Assembly (NCBI GenBank): GCA_050250895.1
Contig: JBFWNU010000003.1
Location: 32,001-96,000, forward strand
DNA from: Vulcanimicrobiota bacterium
GTDB taxonomy: Bacteria; Vulcanimicrobiota; Xenobia; Xenobiales; JADMJV01
Reading direction: 5' to 3'
Length of the DNA: 64,000 bases
Of this stretch, positions 30,047-38,423 are shown one piece after another. The notes under the pieces are model-generated. The model saw nothing but the letters and a program-made list of their open reading frames with translations, was not told the DNA's origin and searched no databases. The first letter of the stretch is position 1; each line of letters begins with the position of its first letter. The position numbers were made by a program, and so were the translations under genes.

Positions 30047-31005
30047 GCAGTCAATGGCTTGAAAAACTCTCGCTGGCGCGCACCGTGCCGCAATTTGTCT
30101 CGACTCTCGAAGAGTTGGGGACGGCCCTGCCCGGGGTAGAGACCAGCTTTTTCTATCAGTATGACGGCGCCCAACACCGGCTCCGGCGGCTGGGGCAAGA
30201 GTTCGGTGTCGACGAGCAGACCCAGCCCGGATGTTGCGCTCTCTACCGCGAAGTGATCGAAGGACCCGGCGCTTTGCCCGATGACCAGCAGACCGTCCAT
30301 CTGTCGGTCCCGGTGCGCCACTTTGGCGAACTGGTGGGCGTGTTCTCGGTGGCCAGCTCTGGCAACGGAGCGCTCAAACCCCACCTGATCGAGTTGGCTC
30401 GGGTCGCCGGGGTGGTCTGCGAGAACGTTCGCCAGCGCCAGGAGAGCGCGGCCTATCTCGACCGCTCCCGCGACCTGTTGGTGAGAGCGGTAGAGGCGGT
30501 CAGCAAGGAGGGGACAGGCCACGTCGGTCGGGTGGTTCGACTGTCGTCTGAGCTTGCCAACCTGCTCGACCTGTCGGCCCAATCGCGGGCCGACCTGTTT
30601 GCAGCCGCCCACTATCACGATATCGGCATGCTGATGGTGCCCAGTCACTCGGGCTTTGAGGCCGAGCGGGCCCACCCCCGGGCGGCCGCCGAATTTCTGG
30701 CCGCTTCCAACGCCCTGCGCGACCTGGCCCCCCTGGTCCTGGCTCACCACGAACGGTATGACGGGACGGGCTTTCCGGACGGCAAGTCGGGCGACGATGT
30801 GCCGATCGAAGGGTGGATTCTGGCCCTCGCCGAGGATCTCGACGAGTTCTGGCAGGCCAGCTACAAGACCGATTTTCGCGAGAACCTGGCCGACTTCTTT
30901 GCCCGCCGCGTCGCCGGGCATCACCCCGATGTAGTCGACGCCCTCTGTGGTCTGGCCGACTCGGGTCGGTTGGCCGCTCTTTACGACAATTCAGAACAGT
31001 CGTAG
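30043..31005 (+). CDS. GAF-like plus HD-GYP domain protein
   Basis: HVGRV, HDIG and HHERYDGTGFPDG motifs. Confidence 0.8.
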   Translation: MSSQWLEKLSLARTVPQFVSTLEELGTALPGVETSFFYQYDGAQHRLRRLGQEFGVDEQTQPGCCALYREVIEGPGALPDDQQTVHLSVPVRHFGELVGVFSVASSGNGALKPHLIELARVAGVVCENVRQRQESAAYLDRSRDLLVRAVEAVSKEGTGHVGRVVRLSSELANLLDLSAQSRADLFAAAHYHDIGMLMVPSHSGFEAERAHPRAAAEFLAASNALRDLAPLVLAHHERYDGTGFPDGKSGDDVPIEGWILALAEDLDEFWQASYKTDFRENLADFFARRVAGHHPDVVDALCGLADSGRLAALYDNSEQS

Positions 31006-31611
31006 CGAGCGCAGCGTGTCCTCGAGTTCGCGGTTGCCGATGAACTGATAGGCGGGCATGCCGGCCGCCTGGGCGGCGGCCACATTGTCGGCCGAATCGT
31101 CGATCAGCAGGCAGTTCTTGAGACGGGTCTTGAGCAACTCGGCGGCCCTGGCGAAGATCTCTGGCTGGGGTTTGCGCAGCTTGAGCTGATACGACAACAA
31201 GCAGGGCGAAAAGGGCTCATAGACGCCCATCTTCACCAGCACTCTGGCGTGCTCTTCAATCACGTTCGAAAGGGCGGCCACGCGCACCCGCGCCCGCAGT
31301 CGCTTGCAGAACCCCATTACCTCCTGGTTGATGACCGCCGACTCCTCCAGGCGGCCGGCCCAGAACCCCTTGAACTTCCAGGCGGGCACAGCCTGACCCT
31401 GGCCAGCTCGCTGGAGGCTGTCGCCCAGTAGTTCCCAAAACTGCAGCGAGTCGATCGAGCCGGTCTCGAGGGCGGGCAGCAACGGCTGAGCGTGGGCACG
31501 AACCTGCGCGCCGGTCGACTTGAAAAGGCCGGCAGTGAGTGCGACATAGCTCTCTAATTCGGCCTGCACCACGACCCCCCCGATATCGAACAAAACGGCT
31601 TTTACACCCAT
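30991..31611 (-). CDS. HAD family phosphatase
   Basis: FDIGGV, LSN, RKP and IDD motifs. Confidence 0.9.
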   Translation of the reverse strand: MGVKAVLFDIGGVVVQAELESYVALTAGLFKSTGAQVRAHAQPLLPALETGSIDSLQFWELLGDSLQRAGQGQAVPAWKFKGFWAGRLEESAVINQEVMGFCKRLRARVRVAALSNVIEEHARVLVKMGVYEPFSPCLLSYQLKLRKPQPEIFARAAELLKTRLKNCLLIDDSADNVAAAQAAGMPAYQFIGNRELEDTLRSLRLF

Positions 31612-31692
31612 AGCCGGGGGGTTCGCTCAAGCTCTGAAAAGCCCCCCGGAGGTGGGCAGGTTTCCGGCTTGGGAGCGCGCATAGCCTCAGCT

Positions 31693-32691
31693 ATGGCATA
31701 CAATCTTCGTCATCGTCATTTCCTGAAGCTATTGGATTTCGAGCCCGCCGAGATCGGTTTCTTGCTCAAACTCTCGGCCGATCTCAAGACCGCTCGCTAC
31801 GCGGGCACCGAGCAGCCGCTATTGACCGGCAAGAGTGTGGCCTTGATTTTCGAGAAAGCCTCGACGCGCACGCGCTGCGCCTTTGAAGTGGCCGCCTATC
31901 AGCAGGGCGCCCACGTCACCTATCTGGGCCCGACCGGCTCGCACATCGGCAACAAAGAGACGATGAAGGACACGGCCCGGGTGCTAGGACGTATGTATGA
32001 CGGCATCCAGTATCGGGGCTACGGTCAGGAGCGGGTCGAGGAACTGGCCGCCCACGCCGGGGTGCCGGTGTGGAACGGTCTCACCGACCAGTTCCACCCC
32101 ACCCAGATTCTGGCCGATTTTCTCACCATGCAAGAGCATAATCCCCGGCCCCTATCCCAGCAGTCGTTGGTTTATCTGGGCGACGGCAACAACAATATGG
32201 GCAACTCGCTGATGGTTGGCTCGGCCAAGATGGGCATCGACTTTCGCCTGGCCGCCCCCAAAGGGTGTCAGCCGTCCGACGAGATGATCGCCACTTGCCG
32301 CGAGTTGGCCGGTCCCACCGGCGCCAAGATCACGGTCACCGAAGACCCGGCCGAAGCGGTGCGCGGAGTCGACTTTCTCTACACCGATGTCTGGGTATCC
32401 ATGGGCCAGCCCGACAGCCTGTGGGATGAGCGCATCCGCCTGCTAAAGCCATATCAGGTCAACCGAGAGCTGATGGCCGCCACCGGCAACTCCCAGGCCA
32501 AGTTTCTCCACTGTCTGCCCGCCTTTCACAACCGCGACACCAGTGTTGGGGCCGATGTCTATGACAAGTATGGCCTCGACGGCATGGAGGTGACCGAAGA
32601 TGTCTTCGAGAGCCCGGCCTCGATCGTGTGGGACCAGGCCGAGAATCGGCTTCACACCATCAAAGCGGTGATGGTGGCCACCATGGCCTGA
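31693..32691 (+). CDS. argF: Ornithine carbamoyltransferase
   Basis: STRT, HPTQ, DVWVSMG, HCLP and ENR motifs. Confidence 0.95.
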   Translation: MAYNLRHRHFLKLLDFEPAEIGFLLKLSADLKTARYAGTEQPLLTGKSVALIFEKASTRTRCAFEVAAYQQGAHVTYLGPTGSHIGNKETMKDTARVLGRMYDGIQYRGYGQERVEELAAHAGVPVWNGLTDQFHPTQILADFLTMQEHNPRPLSQQSLVYLGDGNNNMGNSLMVGSAKMGIDFRLAAPKGCQPSDEMIATCRELAGPTGAKITVTEDPAEAVRGVDFLYTDVWVSMGQPDSLWDERIRLLKPYQVNRELMAATGNSQAKFLHCLPAFHNRDTSVGADVYDKYGLDGMEVTEDVFESPASIVWDQAENRLHTIKAVMVATMA

Positions 32692-33851
32692 TGAGTTACC
32701 TCGACGGCCAGATGAGGCTGTGGCTGGGTAAGAATCTGGCCCCGCCACCCACCCTGCCCGACCCCCTGGCCCGCCTCTTCCTGCGTGACGAAGAGCGCGA
32801 GAGAAGCTATCGCAACGGCTGGCGCGTGTGGGAAGCGCCCTGCTCAGAGAACTATCAACGCGGCCAACTGTGGGTGGCTGAAGTCGACCGCTGGGTGGCC
32901 GCCCAGCGCCTGGCCTTAATCGAGTCGGGCCACCGCCTCGAGCCGCTGTGGCCCGAGGGCAAACAATTTGCCATGTGCTTGAGCCATGACATCGACAAGG
33001 TTTCGAACGAGCAGACCTACGAGCAGGTTCTGCGGGTCACCGAACAGCGCACCAAGCCCCGCCTGAAGGTCTGGTTTCGCAACCTGAAAGGCCGCTATCC
33101 CAAAGCGCCCGACCTTAAAGATACCATCGAGGTGGCGCTGGCCGTCGAGACCAGCCACCAGGTGGTTTCGAGCTGGTTCTTCACCACCTATCCCGTCGAG
33201 AAAGCCGAGGAGTTCGACTGCGTCTATGTACCCACCGACCCTTGTCGTTATCAAGGCAAAGAGACCACCATCCAGTCGATGATGGCCGATCTGGCTGCGC
33301 GAGGGCACGATGTCGGCTTGCATGGCAGCTACTGGTCGGCCCGCCAGCCGGGCATGCTCAAGAACCAGCGCCTGGCCCTGGCGCGGGCCACCGGCTTGCC
33401 CATCACCTCGACCCGCCAGCACTGGCTGCACTTCGAACTCACCGTGACGCCCGAACTGCAGGCCGAGGCCGGCATCGAAGTCGACGGCACCTTTGGTTTC
33501 AACCGCCACATCGGCTTTCGGGCCGGCACTTCGATGCCGTTTTTCTGGCCGGGCGAGAAGTTGCTCGAGGTGCCGCTGGTGCTCCAGGACGTGGCTCTGT
33601 TCTCGCCGGCGGCCATGGAACTCGACCTGGAGCACGCCAATCGGGTCAGCCGCCAACTGGTCGACGAGGTCGCCTCGGTGGGAGGATGCGTGGGCGTGCT
33701 ACTGCACCCTGAGCAGTTTCCACTCGTGCCCTGGTTGCGTGAGTGGTATGACACCCTGATCGGCGAAGCTCTGGCCAAAGGCGCCTGGGTCACTTCGCAG
33801 CAGGCCGTCAACGACTGGTGGCGCGAACGGGCCAGGAGGGTCCTTGCCTGA
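32691..33851 (+). CDS. Polysaccharide deacetylase family protein
   Basis: LSHDID, VGLHGSY, RQHWL, GFRAGTS.PF and LLHP motifs. Confidence 0.8.
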   Translation: MSYLDGQMRLWLGKNLAPPPTLPDPLARLFLRDEERERSYRNGWRVWEAPCSENYQRGQLWVAEVDRWVAAQRLALIESGHRLEPLWPEGKQFAMCLSHDIDKVSNEQTYEQVLRVTEQRTKPRLKVWFRNLKGRYPKAPDLKDTIEVALAVETSHQVVSSWFFTTYPVEKAEEFDCVYVPTDPCRYQGKETTIQSMMADLAARGHDVGLHGSYWSARQPGMLKNQRLALARATGLPITSTRQHWLHFELTVTPELQAEAGIEVDGTFGFNRHIGFRAGTSMPFFWPGEKLLEVPLVLQDVALFSPAAMELDLEHANRVSRQLVDEVASVGGCVGVLLHPEQFPLVPWLREWYDTLIGEALAKGAWVTSQQAVNDWWRERARRVLA

Positions 33852-34818
33852 ACTGTTACTGCTCAAAGGGCCGCTATCGCCCGAGCATCTGGCCGCGGTG
33901 GCCAACCTCTATGGGGTGACCGACGGCAAATACGGTCAGGTCGAGCACTGCGACCTGCTGTTCAATCGCAGTCCCTTCGGCCCCACCCTGCACGCTTTTG
34001 CCTGCGACGAGGAGAAGTTCGTAGGCCACTACTGCCTGATTCCCTACGACCTGATGGTCGAGGGTCGGCAGGTGAAGGCCGCCAAAGGCGAGGCTTTGCA
34101 TGTCGACTCGGACTATCGTCGCACCGAGTGCGACGGACTGCCCACATCGAGCGCCCTGCTCGGGGGGGCCCAACGTTTGGCCGTGGCCGAGGGGATCGAG
34201 GTGAGCTATGCCATCGTGGCGGCTCCGGGCGTGATCCGGCTGTTCGGCCGTTGCGGCTACGTCCACAGCCCTTTCCAGGTGACCGACCTGATCGTGCCCC
34301 AGAGTCGAGCCCTGCCTCTGCCGCGCTTGATGGCTCTCAGAGCGGTCGAAGCCACGGCTCGCTTTTCGAGTTCGAGTCCCCTGCAAGAGGTCGATTTCGC
34401 GGCCGTACGCCAGCGACTGCCCGCCCGCCAGCCCCAACCCGCGGGTTGGCAGCCGGTCGTGGGTCTCGAGGTTCTGGAATGGTTCGGAGCCGCGCCCTCG
34501 AACCTCTACTTCCAACTAGGAGCCGGCGTGGTGTGGTTGGCCCAGACCCACTCGGACTGGGAGGTGCTCTGCACGCTCACCGCCGACTCGAGCCCGGCCG
34601 AACGAACCCGACTGGCCATCGAACTTCGCCGCGAGGCTACTCGGCGCGGCATCGACCGCATTCGGGTGCCCCGACTCGAGGGCCTCGAGCCCGAGATGCT
34701 GACCGCTTTTGGCCGTCTGGCCCGGCGCGAGGTCGAGCGCGAGGTCTCGCTGGTGGTGAGAAGCGAGCTTACTCTCGGCTCGGCGGCGCCGGTGCCTTTT
34801 CTATGGAGCCATTTCTAA
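33844..34818 (+). CDS. GNAT family N-acetyltransferase
   Basis: FVGHY...P....V and LHVDSDYRR (GNAT motif A-like); overlaps the upstream stop. Confidence 0.6.
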   Translation: MPELLLLKGPLSPEHLAAVANLYGVTDGKYGQVEHCDLLFNRSPFGPTLHAFACDEEKFVGHYCLIPYDLMVEGRQVKAAKGEALHVDSDYRRTECDGLPTSSALLGGAQRLAVAEGIEVSYAIVAAPGVIRLFGRCGYVHSPFQVTDLIVPQSRALPLPRLMALRAVEATARFSSSSPLQEVDFAAVRQRLPARQPQPAGWQPVVGLEVLEWFGAAPSNLYFQLGAGVVWLAQTHSDWEVLCTLTADSSPAERTRLAIELRREATRRGIDRIRVPRLEGLEPEMLTAFGRLARREVEREVSLVVRSELTLGSAAPVPFLWSHF

Positions 34819-35701
34819 AGAACTCGAGAAGGTCGTCGCGCATCTCGAGAGTGAGCTTGTGGTCAACGCCCGGATAAAGCTTGAAGGTGGCCCGGCAGCC
34901 AGCTTCGCGATAGAGCCGCTCGGCCACGGGCCAACGCGCCACCGGAGTGGCGCCGAACAGCTCATCGGCCACCTTTTCGTCTTCTGTATCGTAGCCGTCG
35001 CGAAAGGGGAGCGAGTCATTCTCGTCCTGGTCGCCTAGAAAGAAGAACATCGGCACTCTTCGCACCCTTTCCAACGAGAACGGTTGACCGGTGACATCGA
35101 GCCAGTCGCCCACCCCCAGCGGATAGCGCAGCCGCTGGTCTGCGACCTTTTCGGCCGGCACGATGGGCCAACCGCCGGGTGAGCCGATGGCGGCGGCCGC
35201 CACCCGGTCGGGATGGAGCAGCGTAAAGCGATTGGCGAACATCCCCGAGGCCGAGAACCCCATGATATAGATCTGCTTCTGGATGGGTCGCCCCAGCTGC
35301 AAGTGATCCACCATGGCCAGCAACTGAAGGTCCAGCCGCTCGAGGTCGGGACGCCGGGTCAACAGCGTGTCGCGGTCGAGCGCGTGGGTGTAACAGGTCC
35401 AGTTGCTCTCGGGTCGCGGAAAGACGGGCTCGAGCACTACGCACCCCAGGGGCGCGCCGAAGTGTTTAAGGTCGAAGGGGATATCCTTCACTACTCGCGC
35501 CTCGTGTTGGCTCAGGTCGTCATGGAGCAGGCCGCTGTTATTGGGCACCACGAGCACCTGGACCGGCCCCTCGGGCAGGTTTTCGGGAACGGCGTAGTAG
35601 TAGGGCCAGTGGAAGCCTTTCTCGGGCTCGGCTTCGACCCGCACCGGTTGCTGGGCCAGCACGATCTGGCTCAGCAACAAGGCGAGTAGGACCGTTCTCA
35701 C
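34769..35701 (-). CDS. Secreted alpha/beta hydrolase (esterase-like)
   Basis: Signal peptide, GFSASG nucleophile elbow, GDQD and YPGVDH. Confidence 0.8.
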   Translation of the reverse strand: MRTVLLALLLSQIVLAQQPVRVEAEPEKGFHWPYYYAVPENLPEGPVQVLVVPNNSGLLHDDLSQHEARVVKDIPFDLKHFGAPLGCVVLEPVFPRPESNWTCYTHALDRDTLLTRRPDLERLDLQLLAMVDHLQLGRPIQKQIYIMGFSASGMFANRFTLLHPDRVAAAAIGSPGGWPIVPAEKVADQRLRYPLGVGDWLDVTGQPFSLERVRRVPMFFFLGDQDENDSLPFRDGYDTEDEKVADELFGATPVARWPVAERLYREAGCRATFKLYPGVDHKLTLEMRDDLLEFFRNGSIEKAPAPPSRE

Positions 35702-36099
35702 TGCTGTTCGCGGCGCTGGTCGAGATAGTTGGACAGTCCCAGCGATAGCGCGCCCAAGCCGGCCACGCCTACGGCGGCCCAGGGGCCCCAGTGGGCGCCC
35801 ACGTTGGCCGCCGGCATGCCGATGAAGGCTGCCAGGATCAAAGCTCGTGGATTACTTGTGGTGTAGGCGGCGTAGGCGCCCACGCCCACCGCGCCGACCA
35901 CGCCGGCCACGGGATTGACGGCGCTCAGAGCGGCCGGGATACCGTACAGACCGGCCCCCTGCAGCGCGCTCTTGCCGACCGAGTTCCAGTCGATGCTGGG
36001 CCGGTCGGAAGGGTCCGAGGGCGGGGTCTCGGGAGGTTGGCTCTGGTTGGCGGGACGGGTGAGAATGGCACTGGGAGTTCCGAAGCTGGCGATTTTCAT
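35698..36099 (-). CDS. Small glycine-rich membrane protein
   Basis: MKIASF leader, Pro-rich linker, G/A-rich helices; GAGG SD. Confidence 0.7.
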   Translation of the reverse strand: MKIASFGTPSAILTRPANQSQPPETPPSDPSDRPSIDWNSVGKSALQGAGLYGIPAALSAVNPVAGVVGAVGVGAYAAYTTSNPRALILAAFIGMPAANVGAHWGPWAAVGVAGLGALSLGLSNYLDQRREQQ

Positions 36100-36118
36100 G
36101 ATCAATTCCTCGCCTCCA

Positions 36119-36161
36119 AGCCTAGCCATTCAGCCCGCTGGACGGGTTACCGCCCTGTAAA
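36119..36161 (-). promoter_or_regulatory. Class I promoter
   Basis: On the minus strand: TTTAC(36161-36157)-N6-GTAAC(36150-36146)-N21-TAGGCT(36124-36119). Confidence 0.55.
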
Positions 36162-36425
36162 CTAGCCGGCGCGGGTGGCTTCGAGAATGATCCGGTCGAG
36201 TTCGCCGCTGATCTCCAGGGCCACCAGGTCGTCATAGCCGCCCACCGCCTGTCCCTCGATGAAGATCTGCGGCACGGTCTTGCGGCCGGTCCGCTCGACC
36301 ACCTCCTCGGCGAGTTCGGGGTCGTGAGTGATGTCGATCTCGTCGTAGTCGAGGTTGCGCGCTTCTAGCAACTCCTTGGCTCGGCGACAGTATCCGCAAT
36401 AGTCCTTGGTGAAAATCTCGATCAT
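36162..36425 (-). CDS. grxC: Glutaredoxin 3
   Basis: CGYC, TVPQIFI and GGYDDL motifs. Confidence 0.92.
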   Translation of the reverse strand: MIEIFTKDYCGYCRRAKELLEARNLDYDEIDITHDPELAEEVVERTGRKTVPQIFIEGQAVGGYDDLVALEISGELDRIILEATRAG

Positions 36426-36486
36426 TTTGCTGCTCCAACTTAGTTTACTGGTCGGTCAAATAATAACCCGGGAGGGCGGATCGAGA

Positions 36487-36898
36487 CGGTGACGCCTGTC
36501 ACCGAAACGGGGGAGCGCTCGCATTCGCTCGCGGGAAAAGGAGCTCTCGCTGCGCTCGAGAGAGGGGAGCGGCCCTGCGGGCCGGGAGAGGAGCTCTCGC
36601 TTCGGCCGGGAGAAGGGGCGAACTGAGCTGTCGAAATCTCAGCCGCAGGCTGCTCCTCGTCGACGCGCAGCGTCGAGGTCTCCGCGCGTAGCGCACGGCT
36701 CCTTTTCCCGGCGCAGCCGCTCCCCGTCGGCCGTCAGGCCGAAATCTCAGCCGCAGGCTGCTCCTCGTCGACGCGCAGCGTCGAGGTCTCCGCGCGAAGC
36801 CCACGGCTCCTTCTCCCGGCGCAGCCGCTCCCTGTCGACGCGCAGCGTCGAGAGCTCCGCGCACAGCGCGGCTCCCCGCGGCGCGAAGCGCCCGGCTA
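36487..36898. repeat. REP/BIME-like hairpin array including a 108-bp tandem duplication
   Basis: Units start at 36632 and 36740 (CGAAATCTCAGCCGCAGGCTGCTCC...). TCGACGC-GCA-GCGTCGA occurs 3 times. The left part carries the motifs in the opposite orientation (GGAGC..., TGC loops). Confidence 0.88.
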
Positions 36899-37681
36899 GG
36901 CCTGCTGTTGCAGCCAGCCCACCGTCTGGACGTTGTCGACCGAAGACGAGATGTTGAGGTAGTTGCCGTTGGCGTGCTCTTTAGCTTCAAAGGTATTGGT
37001 GACCTTGCCGTTGCGCGACGAGACGGTATAGGTGCCGTCGTCGTTGAGCGACAGACTCGAGGTGCGGTTGAGCTGGGTGCTCTGGCCGGCTTCTAAAGAG
37101 ACCTGCTGGCCATTGACCAGCACCGACCCGTCGGCGTTGACGGTGACCTGGTCCTGGTTGCGACCAAAGCCCGTGCTGACGGTGGCCGAGTCGACCACGG
37201 CCGCGCCGTTGTTGCCCCACGGCACGGTCTCGGTTTCGAGCTTGAAGCCGGCACCGGCATACTGAGTGCGGTTGCCCAGGTCCTGGTTGTCGAAGTTGGC
37301 CGACACCTCTTCGCCGTTGATCGAACCGTTGACGGTGAAGTGGGGATCGCCTTTGATGGTAGCGTCGAAGGACTCTTTTTCGCCCAGGGGTCGCGAGCCG
37401 ACCATTCGGCTCCAGGTGGCGCCGGTCTCGGCATTGGTGGCTCGCACCGCCGCTCCGGCCCGCTGGGGGCCAGCATAGCCGGCTGCCGCCAGAGTGCCGT
37501 GGGGGCCGGTGGCCCGGGCCGCACCGGCCACGCCGTCGATGGTCCCGTCCGAGCCCAGATCCAGGGCCGCGCCTCGGGTGGTCAGTGAGCGCGAGGGCCC
37601 CTCGAGTTTGGCCCCACCCCAGTGGACGGTGTTGCCTGCGGGTCCGGTATAGCTGTGCATTCCTGTGGTCTGGACGTTCAT
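36896..37681 (-). CDS. Hypothetical beta-rich protein with a GDPH motif (VWD-like)
   Basis: ATIKGDPHFTVNG followed by beta-strand-rich sequence; SD GAGGGAG; no Sec signal. Confidence 0.7.
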   Translation of the reverse strand: MNVQTTGMHSYTGPAGNTVHWGGAKLEGPSRSLTTRGAALDLGSDGTIDGVAGAARATGPHGTLAAAGYAGPQRAGAAVRATNAETGATWSRMVGSRPLGEKESFDATIKGDPHFTVNGSINGEEVSANFDNQDLGNRTQYAGAGFKLETETVPWGNNGAAVVDSATVSTGFGRNQDQVTVNADGSVLVNGQQVSLEAGQSTQLNRTSSLSLNDDGTYTVSSRNGKVTNTFEAKEHANGNYLNISSSVDNVQTVGWLQQQA

Positions 37682-37711
37682 TTCGTTGTGCTCCCTCTGT
37701 GTGCTGAGGCT

Positions 37712-37774
37712 AGATTAGGCGAGGCCGGTGACAGGCGGGCGACAGGCGACTTACAACTCACTGACAGGCGTTAC
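37712..37774 (-). promoter_or_regulatory. Class I promoter with four in-phase half-sites (pho-box-like)
   Basis: On the minus strand: GTCAG-N6-GTAAG-N6-GTCGC-N6-GTCAC-N10-TAATCT, plus an extra GTAAC 9 bp further upstream. Confidence 0.65.
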
Positions 37775-37844
37775 AGAATTTCTTTGGGCCGATGCGAACT
37801 TTTTTGAACCGAAGGTGACTCTATGGACTATAGGAGGATGCGCC

Positions 37845-38423
37845 TTGTCCGAGACCCTGGCCATCCGCCCGGGAATCCGGGCGATGCAAGCGAAGCAGAC
37901 CACGGTGGATGAGTTAGAAGGGCTGATCGACAGGATTGTGCGGGGTGACGATACCGCCCTCGAGCCCTTCATCGACCACACTCGAGATTACGCCTTCAGG
38001 CTGGCCTATTCGTTTTTGCGCGATAGCCATCGCTGCGAGGATGTGTTGCAGGATGTCTATCTGATCGTCTATCGCCAGCTCGGGCAACTGCGCGACCGCC
38101 AGGCTTTTCGCACCTGGTTCGGACGCATCATCGCCAACCGTTGCCGTCGTCTGTTGCGCGAACAGCCGGCCCAGCCCCTCGAAGAGGCCCCCGAGCCCAG
38201 CAGCGAAGGCCCGGCCCGCCAGGTCGAAGACCGCCTGACGGTGCGCCAGGCCCTGGCCGAACTGGGCGAGCAAGACCGCACCGTTTTGAGCCTGCGCGAG
38301 ATGCTGGCCCTTACCTATGAAGAGATCGCCTCGGTGCTCGAGGTCCCGGTGGGAACGGTGCGTTCTCGCCTGGCCAAGGCCCGCCAACGACTCTACGCCG
38401 TCCTGATGGAGAAGAAAGTATGA
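37845..38423 (+). CDS. ECF-type RNA polymerase sigma factor
   Basis: EDVLQDV, FRTW..RI..N and YEEIA.VL..PVGTVRSRL motifs; AGGAGG SD before TTG 37845. Confidence 0.92.
   Translation: MSETLAIRPGIRAMQAKQTTVDELEGLIDRIVRGDDTALEPFIDHTRDYAFRLAYSFLRDSHRCEDVLQDVYLIVYRQLGQLRDRQAFRTWFGRIIANRCRRLLREQPAQPLEEAPEPSSEGPARQVEDRLTVRQALAELGEQDRTVLSLREMLALTYEEIASVLEVPVGTVRSRLAKARQRLYAVLMEKKV

Noticed and set aside
36499-36990. 163-aa ORF with internal repeats
   Set aside because: It is the translation of the palindromic repeat array, is Arg/Ala-rich, and overlaps the GDPH gene in another frame.
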